From Candidatus Latescibacterota bacterium (lineage in GTDB: Bacteria; JAAXHH01), in NCBI GenBank assembly GCA_022823465.1, contig JAJEHX010000038.1, positions 103,493 to 167,492 of the forward strand: a stretch of DNA of 64,000 bases, in the 5' to 3' direction. The position numbers and the translations under genes are program-made. Within the stretch, counting starts at the first letter, position 1. Each line of letters opens with the position of its first letter. The notes under the pieces were generated by a model that made no database searches, was not told the origin of the DNA, and was given only the letters and a program-made list of their open reading frames with translations. Positions 38,114-47,545 of the stretch are shown here, in pieces.

Positions 38114-40717
38114 TCAGATCTCCGCGCGAAGGACTTCCAGCGGGGATTGCCGGTAGATGCCGGCGCTGGCCAGCATGCCCACTGCGATCGTGATCACCGC
38201 GATGCCGCCGATCACGGCCGCCACGGGGACGAAGGCCGGCACGAAGGTGATATTGAAGACGAATACGGCGAGAATCCACGCGGCGGCAAAGGCCAGCGCA
38301 ACCCCCGTAACGGCGCCTATCGCACCCAGGAACAGGTACTCGATCGACATGATCTTGAGGATCTGATTCCTGGATCCGCCGAGGGTTTTCAGCAGCACGC
38401 TTTCCTGCATCCGCTGCAGCCGGCTGTTCGTCACGACGCCCACCAGCACGATTACCCCCGTGAATACGCTGAACAGCGCCATGAAGCGGACGATGAGGGA
38501 TACCTTGCCGAGGATGTCGTTCAGGGTGCCCAGGATGAGGCTGAGGTCGATCATGGAGACGTTGGGGAAGCGGCTCACCGTTTCCTGCTGAAAGCGCGCC
38601 GACACCTGCGGGTCGTCGATACGCGTCACGACCACGTGGAACTGGGGCGCCTCTTCCAGCACGCCTTCCGGAAAGACCACGAAGAAGTTGGGCTGAACCC
38701 GCTGCCAGTCGACGGCCCTCAGACTGCCCACGACGGTCTCGACCTGCACGCCCTGCACGTCGAAGACGATCTCGTCTCCGATTCCCACGCCGAGCCGGTC
38801 GGCTATGCTCTTTTCCATAGACACCAGCACGGCGTCATCCTCCCCGCCGACCCTGGGCTGCAACGATCCTGCCAGGAGCGTTTCGGCATCCTCCAGGTGG
38901 TCCCGGTAGGTCGACCGGTATTCCCGACGCAATGCCCATCGGGGAGCGCGGTTCGAGCGGTCCGAGCCGTCCGAGCCGTCCAGGCGGTCCGCGGAATCCT
39001 GCATGATTTCGGCGATGGTACGCCCCTTCAATCCGGCCAGGCGCATGCTGACGACGGGCGTCTGCTGCATTACCGGCAGTCCGTTGCGGCGCATCGATTC
39101 GACGATTTCATCCCGCTGGTCCGGTTGAATGTCGAAAAGGACCATGTTCGACTGCCGGTCCCCCCCGACCTGGGTAATGTGTCCGACCAGGGAAAACTGG
39201 AGCAGGTAGAGGGTCGTCAGCAGGAAAGCCCCCAGCCCGAGGGCGACGACCATCGTGACGGTCTGGTTGTCCGGCCGGAAGAGATTGGCCAGGCCCTGGC
39301 GCCAGACGTAGGGCCAGCGCGCGGACAACAGGCGGCGGGCCATTGAAATGAGACCGCGGGCGACGAGACTCAACAGGAGGAAAGCGCCGATCAGTCCGGC
39401 GGTGAATCCGACGCCCTGATACCATTCGCGGGTCTGGCTGACGGCGAACAGCATGATCCCGCAGACCAATACTGCAATCAGCGCAAGGCGCCAGGGGTCG
39501 CGGGCGCCCCGTGACGGCGTTTCGACCGATGAACGCAGCGTGAGCAGCGGTGAAATGTCTTTAATCGCAATGAGCGGCAGGAAGGCGAAAAGCAGGGCCA
39601 TGAGCAGGCCCAGGCCCAGTCCTTGCAGGACGGGCAGCCAGGAGTACCGCACCTCCAGTTCGAAAGGCACGAAATCCTGTACCAGCCCCGGCAGGACGCC
39701 GAGCACCAGAAACCCCGCGGCCGCGCCGATTATCGAGCCGATCACGCCAATAGACACGGCCTGGATGACGTAGATGGTGAAGGTGTGCCGGCCTTCCGCG
39801 CCCAGGCAGCGCAATACGGCGATGGTACTCCGCTTTCGTCGCACGTAGGTATGGATGGCGCTGGCAACGCCCACGCTGCCGAGGATAAGGGCGATAAACC
39901 CGCTGAGGCTGAGAAACCGGTAGAGATTGCCCAGGGACCGCTCCAGGCCGGCCTGCCGGTCTGCCACGGTGTCCCAGTCCATGCCGAACCGGGCCGCGGT
40001 ATCCGTGCCGTAGGTATCCTTCAGTTCCTCCACGTCGACGTCTTCTCCGAACTTGAAGAGCGCGCGGTAAGTCGCCCTGCTTCCGGGCTGGACCAGCGCG
40101 GTGGAAGCGAGTTCGGCCATAGGTATGTAGACGCGGGGACCGAAGGTGCTCATGGCGGCCGTTTCGCCCGGTATGCTGACCAGGCGGCCGGCGATCTCGA
40201 AGGTACTCAGCCCGATGCGAATCGAGTCGCCGATCTCCGCGCCGTGCTGGATCATCAGGTTGTCGTCCACGAGGGCCGTGCCCTGCGTTCTGAAAGCCTG
40301 CGCGGCGCCTTGAGGAACCGTTTCCAACTCCCCGTAGTAGGGGAACCCGCCTTCGAGCGCCCGTACGTTCACTAGACGTGACGACTCCGAGCGCGGGAAT
40401 GCGACCATGGAGGCGAAACTGACCTGGCGGGACTGCTCGCCGCCCAGGTTCCGGAGGAAGACTTCGGCCGAATCTGAAAAGGCCCTGCGTGTGTTTATGT
40501 CGAGGTCGGCGCCCAGCAGCGCCCTGGATTCCAGGTCGATCGCGGTCCGCATGCTGTCGCCGAGGGTCCGGATCGAAACGAGCGCTGCCGTGCCCAGGAT
40601 GATGGACGACATGTACAGGAGCAGACGCCGCCGGTAGGTCCGGCTGTCACGCCAGGCCATCTTCAGCAGCCACCTGATGCGTAACGGGGCGTGTTCAGGC
40701 GGAAGGGGAGCGCCCAT
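38114..40717 (-). CDS. ABC transporter permease with two FtsX-like domains (YbbP/MacB-like)
   Basis: 867 aa. Two 4-TM FtsX modules, each preceded by a large extracytoplasmic domain. Confidence 0.8.
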   Translation of the reverse strand: MGAPLPPEHAPLRIRWLLKMAWRDSRTYRRRLLLYMSSIILGTAALVSIRTLGDSMRTAIDLESRALLGADLDINTRRAFSDSAEVFLRNLGGEQSRQVSFASMVAFPRSESSRLVNVRALEGGFPYYGELETVPQGAAQAFRTQGTALVDDNLMIQHGAEIGDSIRIGLSTFEIAGRLVSIPGETAAMSTFGPRVYIPMAELASTALVQPGSRATYRALFKFGEDVDVEELKDTYGTDTAARFGMDWDTVADRQAGLERSLGNLYRFLSLSGFIALILGSVGVASAIHTYVRRKRSTIAVLRCLGAEGRHTFTIYVIQAVSIGVIGSIIGAAAGFLVLGVLPGLVQDFVPFELEVRYSWLPVLQGLGLGLLMALLFAFLPLIAIKDISPLLTLRSSVETPSRGARDPWRLALIAVLVCGIMLFAVSQTREWYQGVGFTAGLIGAFLLLSLVARGLISMARRLLSARWPYVWRQGLANLFRPDNQTVTMVVALGLGAFLLTTLYLLQFSLVGHITQVGGDRQSNMVLFDIQPDQRDEIVESMRRNGLPVMQQTPVVSMRLAGLKGRTIAEIMQDSADRLDGSDGSDRSNRAPRWALRREYRSTYRDHLEDAETLLAGSLQPRVGGEDDAVLVSMEKSIADRLGVGIGDEIVFDVQGVQVETVVGSLRAVDWQRVQPNFFVVFPEGVLEEAPQFHVVVTRIDDPQVSARFQQETVSRFPNVSMIDLSLILGTLNDILGKVSLIVRFMALFSVFTGVIVLVGVVTNSRLQRMQESVLLKTLGGSRNQILKIMSIEYLFLGAIGAVTGVALAFAAAWILAVFVFNITFVPAFVPVAAVIGGIAVITIAVGMLASAGIYRQSPLEVLRAEI

Positions 40718-40719
40718 GT

Positions 40720-41457
40720 CTATGCTTCCGGGGAAAGGGACAGGGGATGTATCTCAGGGTAACCGGTTTCCTCGGGACGGTAGTCCTCGGCGATGCGGCC
40801 CCCGCTCAACCGGATGATCCGCTGTGCCCTGCGCGCCAGGTCGAGATTGTGGGTCACCGTTACGAGGGTCGTTCCCGACTCTTCATTCAGATCGAAGAGC
40901 AGATCTTCCACCCTGGCGCTCGTTTCCGCGTCGAGATTGCCCGTGGGCTCGTCCACGAAGAGCAGGGACGGACGGTTGATAAACGCCCTGGCCAGGGCGA
41001 CGCGCTGTTGCTCGCCTCCGGACAGTTGCACGGGATAGTGCGTGGACCGGTCCGACAGCGCCACGCGTTCCAGCAACTCCATGGCCCGGTCGTATACGCC
41101 CTTTTCGCCGCGCAGTTCCGCCGGGACCATGACGTTTTCGAGGGTCGTGAGCGTGGGGATGAGCTGGAAATTCTGGAAGACGAAGCCTACGTGTCGATTC
41201 CGCACGCGTGCGCGTTCGTCTTCATCGAGGTCGTCGAGGACGATACCGTTCAGCGATACCGAACCGGAAGTCGCCCGGTCCAGTCCGGCGCAGAGGCCGA
41301 GCAGCGTGGTCTTGCCGCTGCCGGAAGGGCCGATGATCGCCAGGGAGGCGCCCGGCAGCAGATCGAAATTGATATCGCGCAACACGTTCAGCGTCCCGCC
41401 GCCGCTCGCGTAGGACTTGCACAGGCCCCGGACCGCCAGGATAGGTTGTACGCTCAT
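40720..41457 (-). CDS. ABC transporter ATP-binding protein (YbbA/LolD-like). Start at MSVQPILAVRGLCK.
   Basis: Walker A GPSGSGKTT, LSGGEQQRVALARA signature, Walker B LLFVDEPT. Confidence 0.85.
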   Translation of the reverse strand: MSVQPILAVRGLCKSYASGGGTLNVLRDINFDLLPGASLAIIGPSGSGKTTLLGLCAGLDRATSGSVSLNGIVLDDLDEDERARVRNRHVGFVFQNFQLIPTLTTLENVMVPAELRGEKGVYDRAMELLERVALSDRSTHYPVQLSGGEQQRVALARAFINRPSLLFVDEPTGNLDAETSARVEDLLFDLNEESGTTLVTVTHNLDLARRAQRIIRLSGGRIAEDYRPEETGYPEIHPLSLSPEA

Positions 41458-42425
41458 GGTGCCGGCGGCTCCTCGCCTGCGTGGTCTTGGCCGGCCTGTC
41501 CCGGCTGTCCGGTCTGTTCGGACCGTCCGGTATGCCGTCCCAGTAATCTCAGCAGCCGGTCCGGATAATCCGTGATGATGCCGTCCACGCCGTGATCGAT
41601 ATGGCGTTTCATGTCCGCTTCCTCGTTGATCGTCCAGACATACACGTCCACGTTGTGCCGGTGGGCGCCCGAAACGAACCATGCGCTAACCAGGGTCAGA
41701 TCCTGAAACCTGGGGGGTACCTGCATCGTTTCTCCCCCGGGAACGAAGGCGAACCCGAGCCGGACTGAATTCAGTGTCCAGAAGAGAAACACTTCGCCGG
41801 CCGTGGACGAAGTGGCGATTCCCGGGTTGTTGTCCCGGATGTATTTCACGCTCTCGGACTGAAACGACGCGATGACCTTCCGTTCCGGGTACGGACTCTT
41901 CGCGATCACCTCGGAGAAACGGGCCCTGGCGGCATCGGATACTTTCTTCAGTTCGATGATCATCCGGGTATCGGGGAGTGCGTGCAGCACCTCTTCGAGG
42001 GAAGGCACTTTCAATCCCATGCCCCGGTAAGGATAGCTCGCGCCGCCGTCCGCCGTCCAGTCGTATCCAGCGTCCAGTTCCCGCAATGCCTCCCAGTTCA
42101 TCTCGTCAACCCGGCCCGAGCCATCGGTCGTCCGGTCGACCGTGGCGTCGTGGATGACGACCAGTTCGCCGTCGCGGGTTGCGTGGACGTCGAATTCCAG
42201 GGCGTCCGCGCCGGATTCAATCGCGTTGTTGAAGGCGAAAAGCGTATTTTCCGGCCACTGCGCCGCACCTCCGCGGTGTGCAATGACCATGAGCTGATCC
42301 GTATCCGTAAATGAGTGTATAGGCATGGGGCGTGTTACGATGGCGGCGTATGCCAGGACCACGACAAGTATGGCCGCGCCGGCGGCCGCCAGCCGAAGAA
42401 GCCATTTCCAGATGAATCTGATCAT
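41454..42425 (-). CDS. Glycerophosphodiester phosphodiesterase (GDPD) with N-terminal membrane anchor
   Basis: HRGG...ENT...EFDV catalytic motif (VIAHRGGAAQWPENTLFAF...LEFDVHATRDG). The stop overlaps the ABC ATPase start. Confidence 0.8.
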   Translation of the reverse strand: MIRFIWKWLLRLAAAGAAILVVVLAYAAIVTRPMPIHSFTDTDQLMVIAHRGGAAQWPENTLFAFNNAIESGADALEFDVHATRDGELVVIHDATVDRTTDGSGRVDEMNWEALRELDAGYDWTADGGASYPYRGMGLKVPSLEEVLHALPDTRMIIELKKVSDAARARFSEVIAKSPYPERKVIASFQSESVKYIRDNNPGIATSSTAGEVFLFWTLNSVRLGFAFVPGGETMQVPPRFQDLTLVSAWFVSGAHRHNVDVYVWTINEEADMKRHIDHGVDGIITDYPDRLLRLLGRHTGRSEQTGQPGQAGQDHAGEEPPAP

Positions 42426-42444
42426 TTATCCGCCGCGGTTGGCG

Positions 42445-42870
42445 TTACAGGGGCCAGTCCCGAAGGATGCGCTCCACTTCCTCGGCGTGGTTGCTCTCGT
42501 CGCGAATCATGTCTTCCAGCTGGACCATGAGCCCGTAATCCCCATATTCCTCGGCCTCGGACCGGCGCTGCACGTACCGCTTGACGATCATGCGTTCGTC
42601 CTCGAGCATCGTCTCCAGGTTGGCGCGGTTCGAGTCGCTTACCTTAACCGGTCGGGGAACGGTCGTTGGCTCGCCGCCAAGCACCACGATCTTGTCGGCG
42701 AGATACTGCGCGTGCAGCTGCTCGTCGGGCACTTCGTCGAGGAAAAACCTGGCCAGTTCAGGCCGATAGGGGCCGCTGGCCTTGGCCGCGTAAATGGTAA
42801 ACTGTATGATCGCGCCCAGTTCGGCCGCCAGGTCGCCGTTCAGGTTGTTTATCAGGGTCTGCTTGTCCAT
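42445..42870 (-). CDS. Ferritin-like protein (bacterioferritin family)
   Basis: L..LN..LAAELGAI.QF and ...GGEPTT... blocks resemble the bacterioferritin four-helix-bundle di-iron ligand regions. Confidence 0.5.
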   Translation of the reverse strand: MDKQTLINNLNGDLAAELGAIIQFTIYAAKASGPYRPELARFFLDEVPDEQLHAQYLADKIVVLGGEPTTVPRPVKVSDSNRANLETMLEDERMIVKRYVQRRSEAEEYGDYGLMVQLEDMIRDESNHAEEVERILRDWPL

Positions 42871-43032
42871 GGTGCGCTCCTTTGCTCATTTTTCTGACAC
42901 GCATTCATACAATATCCTGCGTTCTAATTCAAGCGTTCTAAATCAAGGTACGGGATGTCGCGAGCCTGCACAACGCCTTCATTTCCGGCCAAACGGGCGC
43001 TCCGTGCAAGGACGCCGCGTCCCGCACAGGGC

Positions 43033-43106
43033 TCACGCCACTTCGAGAACGGCCTTGACCACACCAAGCTCACGCCATTTCGAGAACGGCCTTGACCACA
43101 CCGCTG
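43033..43106. repeat. Tandem duplication (2 x ~37 bp) of the 3' end of the alcohol dehydrogenase gene, including its stop codon
   Basis: CTCACGCCA(C/T)TTCGAGAACGGCCTTGACCACACC x2. The reverse complement encodes GVVKAVLE(V/M)A* twice. Confidence 0.6.
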
Positions 43107-44089
43107 CCCGGGTCGAGCCACGTGGGAAAATCCGCAAGCATGCGCTCCGGTCCGGCCGTGTGGGTTATCCAGGGCGAGGTGTCGATCCGACCGGCCTCGA
43201 TATGGCCGATGACCCTTTGCAGATCCACGGCGCGGGAATTCCGGCTGCTGAGCAGGGTCATCTCCCTTCGGTGGAAGCCGGGCCCGTCGAAGGTTATTTG
43301 AGAACCGGTGATTCCGACGTAAACCAGGCGTCCGCCATTGGAAACGTATTCGTGGGCCTGCATCATGGACCCGGCGTGGCCGGTGGCGTCGAAGACGGCC
43401 GTGGGCAGTTCGCCGTTCAGCAGCCGGCGCAGCCTGGACGGAACGTCCGTTATGTCGGTTATGACCTCGAAGAGATCGTAACGCCGTTTGCAGAAATCGA
43501 TCCGTTTTTCGCTGATCTCCAACAGGATCACGCGCGCTCCGGCCAGGAGGGCAAAGGTCAGCACGGACAGGCCGATGGGGCCTGCGCCGATGAGCAGGAC
43601 CGTTTCGCCTTTTTCGACCGCGGCGCGGTCCACGGCGTGGGCGCCGATCCCCAGCGTCTCTACCAGGGCCAGTTGCTCGAGGGACAGGATATCGGAACGC
43701 AGCAGCTTTCCGGCCGGGAGCATCAGGACGTCCCGCATGCCGCCGTCCACGTGGACACCCAGGACGTCAAGACCAGAGCAGCAGTTCGTCTTGCCCATGC
43801 GGCAGGGCACGCAACGGCCGCAGTCCATATAGGGCACGACGGCGCACTGGTCGCCGGGGTGGACATGGGTCACGCCCCGCCCCGTCGCGACAACCTCCAC
43901 CCCCAGTTCGTGCCCGAGGATGCGGGGGTAGTCGAAGAAGGGCTGCGTACCTTCAAAGGCGTGGAGGTCCGTGCCGCAGATCCCGACCCGCCTTATGCGC
44001 ACCAGTGCCTCTCCGGGGCCGGGAGGCGTGGGCTCCGGGGTTTCCTCCAGGATGAAATGGCCGGGTCTTTCGAGTACGATAGTAGGCAT
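43070..44089 (-). CDS. Zn-dependent alcohol dehydrogenase (MDR superfamily)
   Basis: VGICGTDLHAF...GHELGVEVV catalytic Zn motif, CGRCVPC structural Zn site, GAGPIG. Confidence 0.85.
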   Translation of the reverse strand: MPTIVLERPGHFILEETPEPTPPGPGEALVRIRRVGICGTDLHAFEGTQPFFDYPRILGHELGVEVVATGRGVTHVHPGDQCAVVPYMDCGRCVPCRMGKTNCCSGLDVLGVHVDGGMRDVLMLPAGKLLRSDILSLEQLALVETLGIGAHAVDRAAVEKGETVLLIGAGPIGLSVLTFALLAGARVILLEISEKRIDFCKRRYDLFEVITDITDVPSRLRRLLNGELPTAVFDATGHAGSMMQAHEYVSNGGRLVYVGITGSQITFDGPGFHRREMTLLSSRNSRAVDLQRVIGHIEAGRIDTSPWITHTAGPERMLADFPTWLDPGSGVVKAVLEMA

Positions 44090-44107
44090 ACGGTCAGGGC
44101 TCGCTTT

Positions 44108-45247
44108 TCAGGCCAGCAGGGCGGCCAGCAGGGGCGGCTTGCGTTGAAACTTGTCGACGTACGCCTGGTATGAGGGCGCCAGGCGCAGTTTAACCTTGGT
44201 TTCATGCGCTACCGCGATGGATTCCAGCCGGTGGTCCAGGAACGGATTCCGGAACCGTTCAAGGCAGGCTAAAGCGAAGGCCGGGGCGTCTTCCACCTCG
44301 TCCGGAAGCGCCGGCACGATTTCTTCCAGCATCAGGTCTCGCAGCCAGGGCCCGGCTTCGGCGTGGTCCACCGCCTCCCGGACGGTCCGGATGCCCAAGG
44401 GCATGGCCCGGCACACCAGCGCCGTGTGGGCGCCGTTAAGCACCCGCACCTTGCGCAGCGCGTAGGGACGGACGTCCTTCGTCCGCACGATGGCCGGATG
44501 TTCGATGAACGGGGCGGCGCCCGGCCGGTCCTCAAGGGCCCAGAAGGCGAAAGGCTCGGTAAGCGCCAGAAGCCTATCGCCCTGGGGATTGGGAAAACCC
44601 GGAGGCGGTTCGACCGTGATCCGGTCCACGAGCGTATGCAGCCAGGTTACCCGGTTTTCCATCCAATCCAGAAAGCCGTCCCCAAGACGCCGAGTTCGGG
44701 CCAGCATCCCGGCCAGCCGGCGCAATACCCCGGCGTTGTCGTCGATCAGTTCGCAGGGAATGACGGTCAACGGCGCGCCGCCGCTTTCATAGCGTGCCAG
44801 GAGTACCGCTAGCAGCTTCCCGGGAAAAGAACCCGGAGGTGAGCCATCCGGCGGCGAGACTTCCAGAGACGAACCATCCAGCCGCTCCGACTCCGGCACG
44901 TCGTATCCTATTTCAGAGGTATTGGAGAGGATGTATTCCGTGGAAGGGTCGCGCCCCACGGCCAGCACGGCTTCCCAGTCCTCCCTGGCGCACAAGGCCC
45001 TCGAGACGCTCTCCACCTCGACGGACTCGTCGATCCGCCTGCCGTCGCGAATCCCCCGCACGCGGATCCGGTAACGGCCGTTCTGATCGTTGAACAGCCG
45101 TGCCCGCCCGGTGCCCGTGGACTGTACCACGACGACCCGGCCGATGGACTGGCCGGCCTCCCTGGCTTCGTGGATGAAGAGGTCGGCGAAAGCGCGGAGG
45201 AACCGGCCGCTGCCGAACTGGAGTACCGATTCAGCCGGCGTTGCCAT
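44108..45247 (-). CDS. Mannitol-dehydrogenase-family oxidoreductase, UxaB (tagaturonate/altronate reductase)-like, short form
   Basis: VLQFGSGRFLRAF (compare UxaB ILQFGEGNFLRAF), VIPCELIDDN, LNGAHTAL, FRNPFLDH blocks. Confidence 0.65.
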   Translation of the reverse strand: MATPAESVLQFGSGRFLRAFADLFIHEAREAGQSIGRVVVVQSTGTGRARLFNDQNGRYRIRVRGIRDGRRIDESVEVESVSRALCAREDWEAVLAVGRDPSTEYILSNTSEIGYDVPESERLDGSSLEVSPPDGSPPGSFPGKLLAVLLARYESGGAPLTVIPCELIDDNAGVLRRLAGMLARTRRLGDGFLDWMENRVTWLHTLVDRITVEPPPGFPNPQGDRLLALTEPFAFWALEDRPGAAPFIEHPAIVRTKDVRPYALRKVRVLNGAHTALVCRAMPLGIRTVREAVDHAEAGPWLRDLMLEEIVPALPDEVEDAPAFALACLERFRNPFLDHRLESIAVAHETKVKLRLAPSYQAYVDKFQRKPPLLAALLA

Positions 45248-46022
45248 CCGGCTCCCTTCCTTTGGCTTCCTCCCACAGGGCGTCCAGTTCCTCGAAAGTG
45301 GCCCGCTCCAGGCTTTCCCCCCTGAGCTCGAGGGCGGCCTCTATGTAACGGAAACGCCGGATGAACTTGTCGTTACTCATCCGCAGGGCGTCTTCCGGCG
45401 GTACCTTGAGGTGGCGGGACAGATTCACGAGGGAGAACAGCAGGTCGCCCATCTCTTCCTCGATCTTCGCCCTGTCCCCCTGCTCCATGGCCCGGCGCAA
45501 TTCGACGATTTCTTCGCCGACTTTCTCAAGCACCGCTGTAACATCGTCCCAGTCGAAGTTGACCCGGGCGACCTTTTCCTGAATGCGGTAGGCGTGGAGC
45601 AGGGCCGGCATGCCCGCCGGGAGACCGTCGAGCACCGATTTGCGGCCTTCATCCCCCTTCTCCTCCCGCTTTATCTGTTCCCAGTTGGTCAGCACTTCAT
45701 CGGCCGTATCGGCCCGGGTGTCCCCGAATACATGGGGATGGCGCCGCACGAGCTTGTCGTTGATAGCCCGGGCCACGTCATGGATGTCGAATCGCTGTTC
45801 CTCGTTGGCGATCTGCGCGTGGAAGACGACCTGGAGGAGCAGGTCGCCCAGTTCCTCCAGGAAGTCCCCGTCGGCGCCGTTGTCCAGCGCGTCCAGTACC
45901 TCGTAGGCTTCCTCGATCAGGTACGGACGCAGGGTCTGGTGCGTCTGTTCCCGGTCCCAGGGACAGCCTCCCGGCGATCTCAGCCGCGCCATGATGGATA
46001 CGAGTTCTTCAAAGGAGGTCAT
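45231..46022 (-). CDS. mazG: Nucleoside triphosphate pyrophosphohydrolase MazG
   Basis: Two MazG EExxE/D modules (LIEEAYEV...EELGDLL and ...EEMGDLLFSLV). The ORF extends to 46085, but MTSFEEL is the more likely start. Confidence 0.8.
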   Translation of the reverse strand: MTSFEELVSIMARLRSPGGCPWDREQTHQTLRPYLIEEAYEVLDALDNGADGDFLEELGDLLLQVVFHAQIANEEQRFDIHDVARAINDKLVRRHPHVFGDTRADTADEVLTNWEQIKREEKGDEGRKSVLDGLPAGMPALLHAYRIQEKVARVNFDWDDVTAVLEKVGEEIVELRRAMEQGDRAKIEEEMGDLLFSLVNLSRHLKVPPEDALRMSNDKFIRRFRYIEAALELRGESLERATFEELDALWEEAKGREPDGNAG

Positions 46023-46084
46023 TGCAGGATCTGCGTCAGAGCCTCCAACAGTTCGACCCGGTCTGGTATGCTGTACGGAAGGCA

Positions 46085-46441
46085 TTACGGAGTCTCTTCG
46101 CCGATGATGGTGTCCAGCTCTTCAATGAGCGGCGGCAGATCTTTAAGAATGACCTTGCACAGAATATCGAGGTTAACGTCATGGTAACCGTGAACCAGTC
46201 GGTTGCGCATTCCGATAATCTGGGACCAGGGGACCGTCTCATGTTTCTTCTTCGTCTTTTCGGATACGCGGTTGGCCGCTTCACCTATGGTTTCCACTAA
46301 CTTCAACAAGGCGAGTTGCATCACCCGGTCTTGTAACACGTCATCCAGAGATTTGCCTTCAGCTAATTCAACGGCTTCCGCGGCATAGTTGCGCATATCC
46401 GCGAGGCTTACCCGGTCATCTCTTCTGCTCATACTGCACAT
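46085..46441 (-). CDS. hepT: HepT-like (DUF86) toxin of a HepT/MntA type VII toxin-antitoxin pair
   Basis: Rx4HxY motif (RNRLVHGY). Overlaps the mntA-like gene by 26 bp. Confidence 0.75.
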   Translation of the reverse strand: MCSMSRRDDRVSLADMRNYAAEAVELAEGKSLDDVLQDRVMQLALLKLVETIGEAANRVSEKTKKKHETVPWSQIIGMRNRLVHGYHDVNLDILCKVILKDLPPLIEELDTIIGEETP

Positions 46442-46742
46442 CCACGGAATTGAGTATCTCTTCTCGAAGGAGCCAGTTGCGGCTGTTTTCGATCCCTTTG
46501 TAGGTGTACAGATCTACTTGCCTGCCAAGCAGTTCCGACAGCTCGTCCTGCATATTGAAGAACTCCAGGCCCGGCGTCTGGCCTGGCTCGAAATCCACGA
46601 GTACGTCCACATCGCTCTCAGATGTGAAATCATCGCGCAGCACTGATCCGAACAAGGCCAGACGCCGGATGCGGTTGCGACGGCAGAAAGCGGCGATCTT
46701 GTCAGAGGGGATTTCAATTTGGGCGTTCATAAATTTCCCCAT
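46416..46742 (-). CDS. mntA: MntA-like minimal nucleotidyltransferase antitoxin
   Basis: GSx(n)DxD NTase motif: LFGSVLRDDFTSESDVDVLVDF. Confidence 0.75.
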   Translation of the reverse strand: MGKFMNAQIEIPSDKIAAFCRRNRIRRLALFGSVLRDDFTSESDVDVLVDFEPGQTPGLEFFNMQDELSELLGRQVDLYTYKGIENSRNWLLREEILNSVDVQYEQKR

Positions 46743-46996
46743 TTTCCTTACTGACTACGTGCGTAGATCAAACCATATCCTACAATAACCAGAACCGGTC
46801 AGGAATCAAGCCGTAATTTGCCGCGCCTCTACATGCTGCCAATGTGCTTTAACCCTCGCTCCGCCCGTGTGTATCCGCCAAGAAAACTATTGACGTAAGC
46901 CCTTGATAAACCTACATTGTCTAGGTTTAACGGGGATCGTTCCCGTAACCGGTTCAGGATCGTTTCACCAGGGAGGAACTGGGGTTTCGGAAAGGC

Positions 46997-47545
46997 GTGC
47001 AAGGCATGGTAAGCGAACATGTCCTCGTTCTGAACCAGAACTACGAGCCTTTGAGTGTTTGTACGGCAAGGCGGGCGGTCATTCTCGTTTTTCTGCGCAA
47101 GGCGGAGATCATTGACAAGTATGCGGACCCGGTGCGGGGCGTGTACACGATGTTCGACCGGCCCAGCATCGTCCGGCTGGTGAATTTCGTTCGCATTCCC
47201 AGCAAGGGCATCATGTTGTCCCGGAAGAACATCCTCAAGCGCGACGGCCACCAGTGCCAGTACTGCAGCACGACGCGAGGGCCGTTGACCGTGGATCACG
47301 TCCTGCCGAGGTACCTGGGCGGATCGGACAGCTGGGAAAACATGGTGTGCGCCTGTCAGCGGTGCAACAACAAAAAAGGGGACAGGCTGCCGGAACAGGC
47401 TGACATGGTGCTCAAGCGCAAGCCCAAGGCGCCCAACAGGATCCACTTTATACGCGACTTCATAGGCATCCACCATAACTCCTGGCGCCCTTACCTGTTC
47501 CTCAAGAACGACCGACCGGAAGAAGTGTTATGGCCTACCAGGTAA
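46997..47545 (+). CDS. HNH endonuclease (small, McrA-like). Its 3' end overlaps the scpA start.
   Basis: DHVLPRYLGGSDSWENMVCACQRCNNKKGDR (HNH with paired Cys). About 180 aa. Confidence 0.75.
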   Translation: MQGMVSEHVLVLNQNYEPLSVCTARRAVILVFLRKAEIIDKYADPVRGVYTMFDRPSIVRLVNFVRIPSKGIMLSRKNILKRDGHQCQYCSTTRGPLTVDHVLPRYLGGSDSWENMVCACQRCNNKKGDRLPEQADMVLKRKPKAPNRIHFIRDFIGIHHNSWRPYLFLKNDRPEEVLWPTR

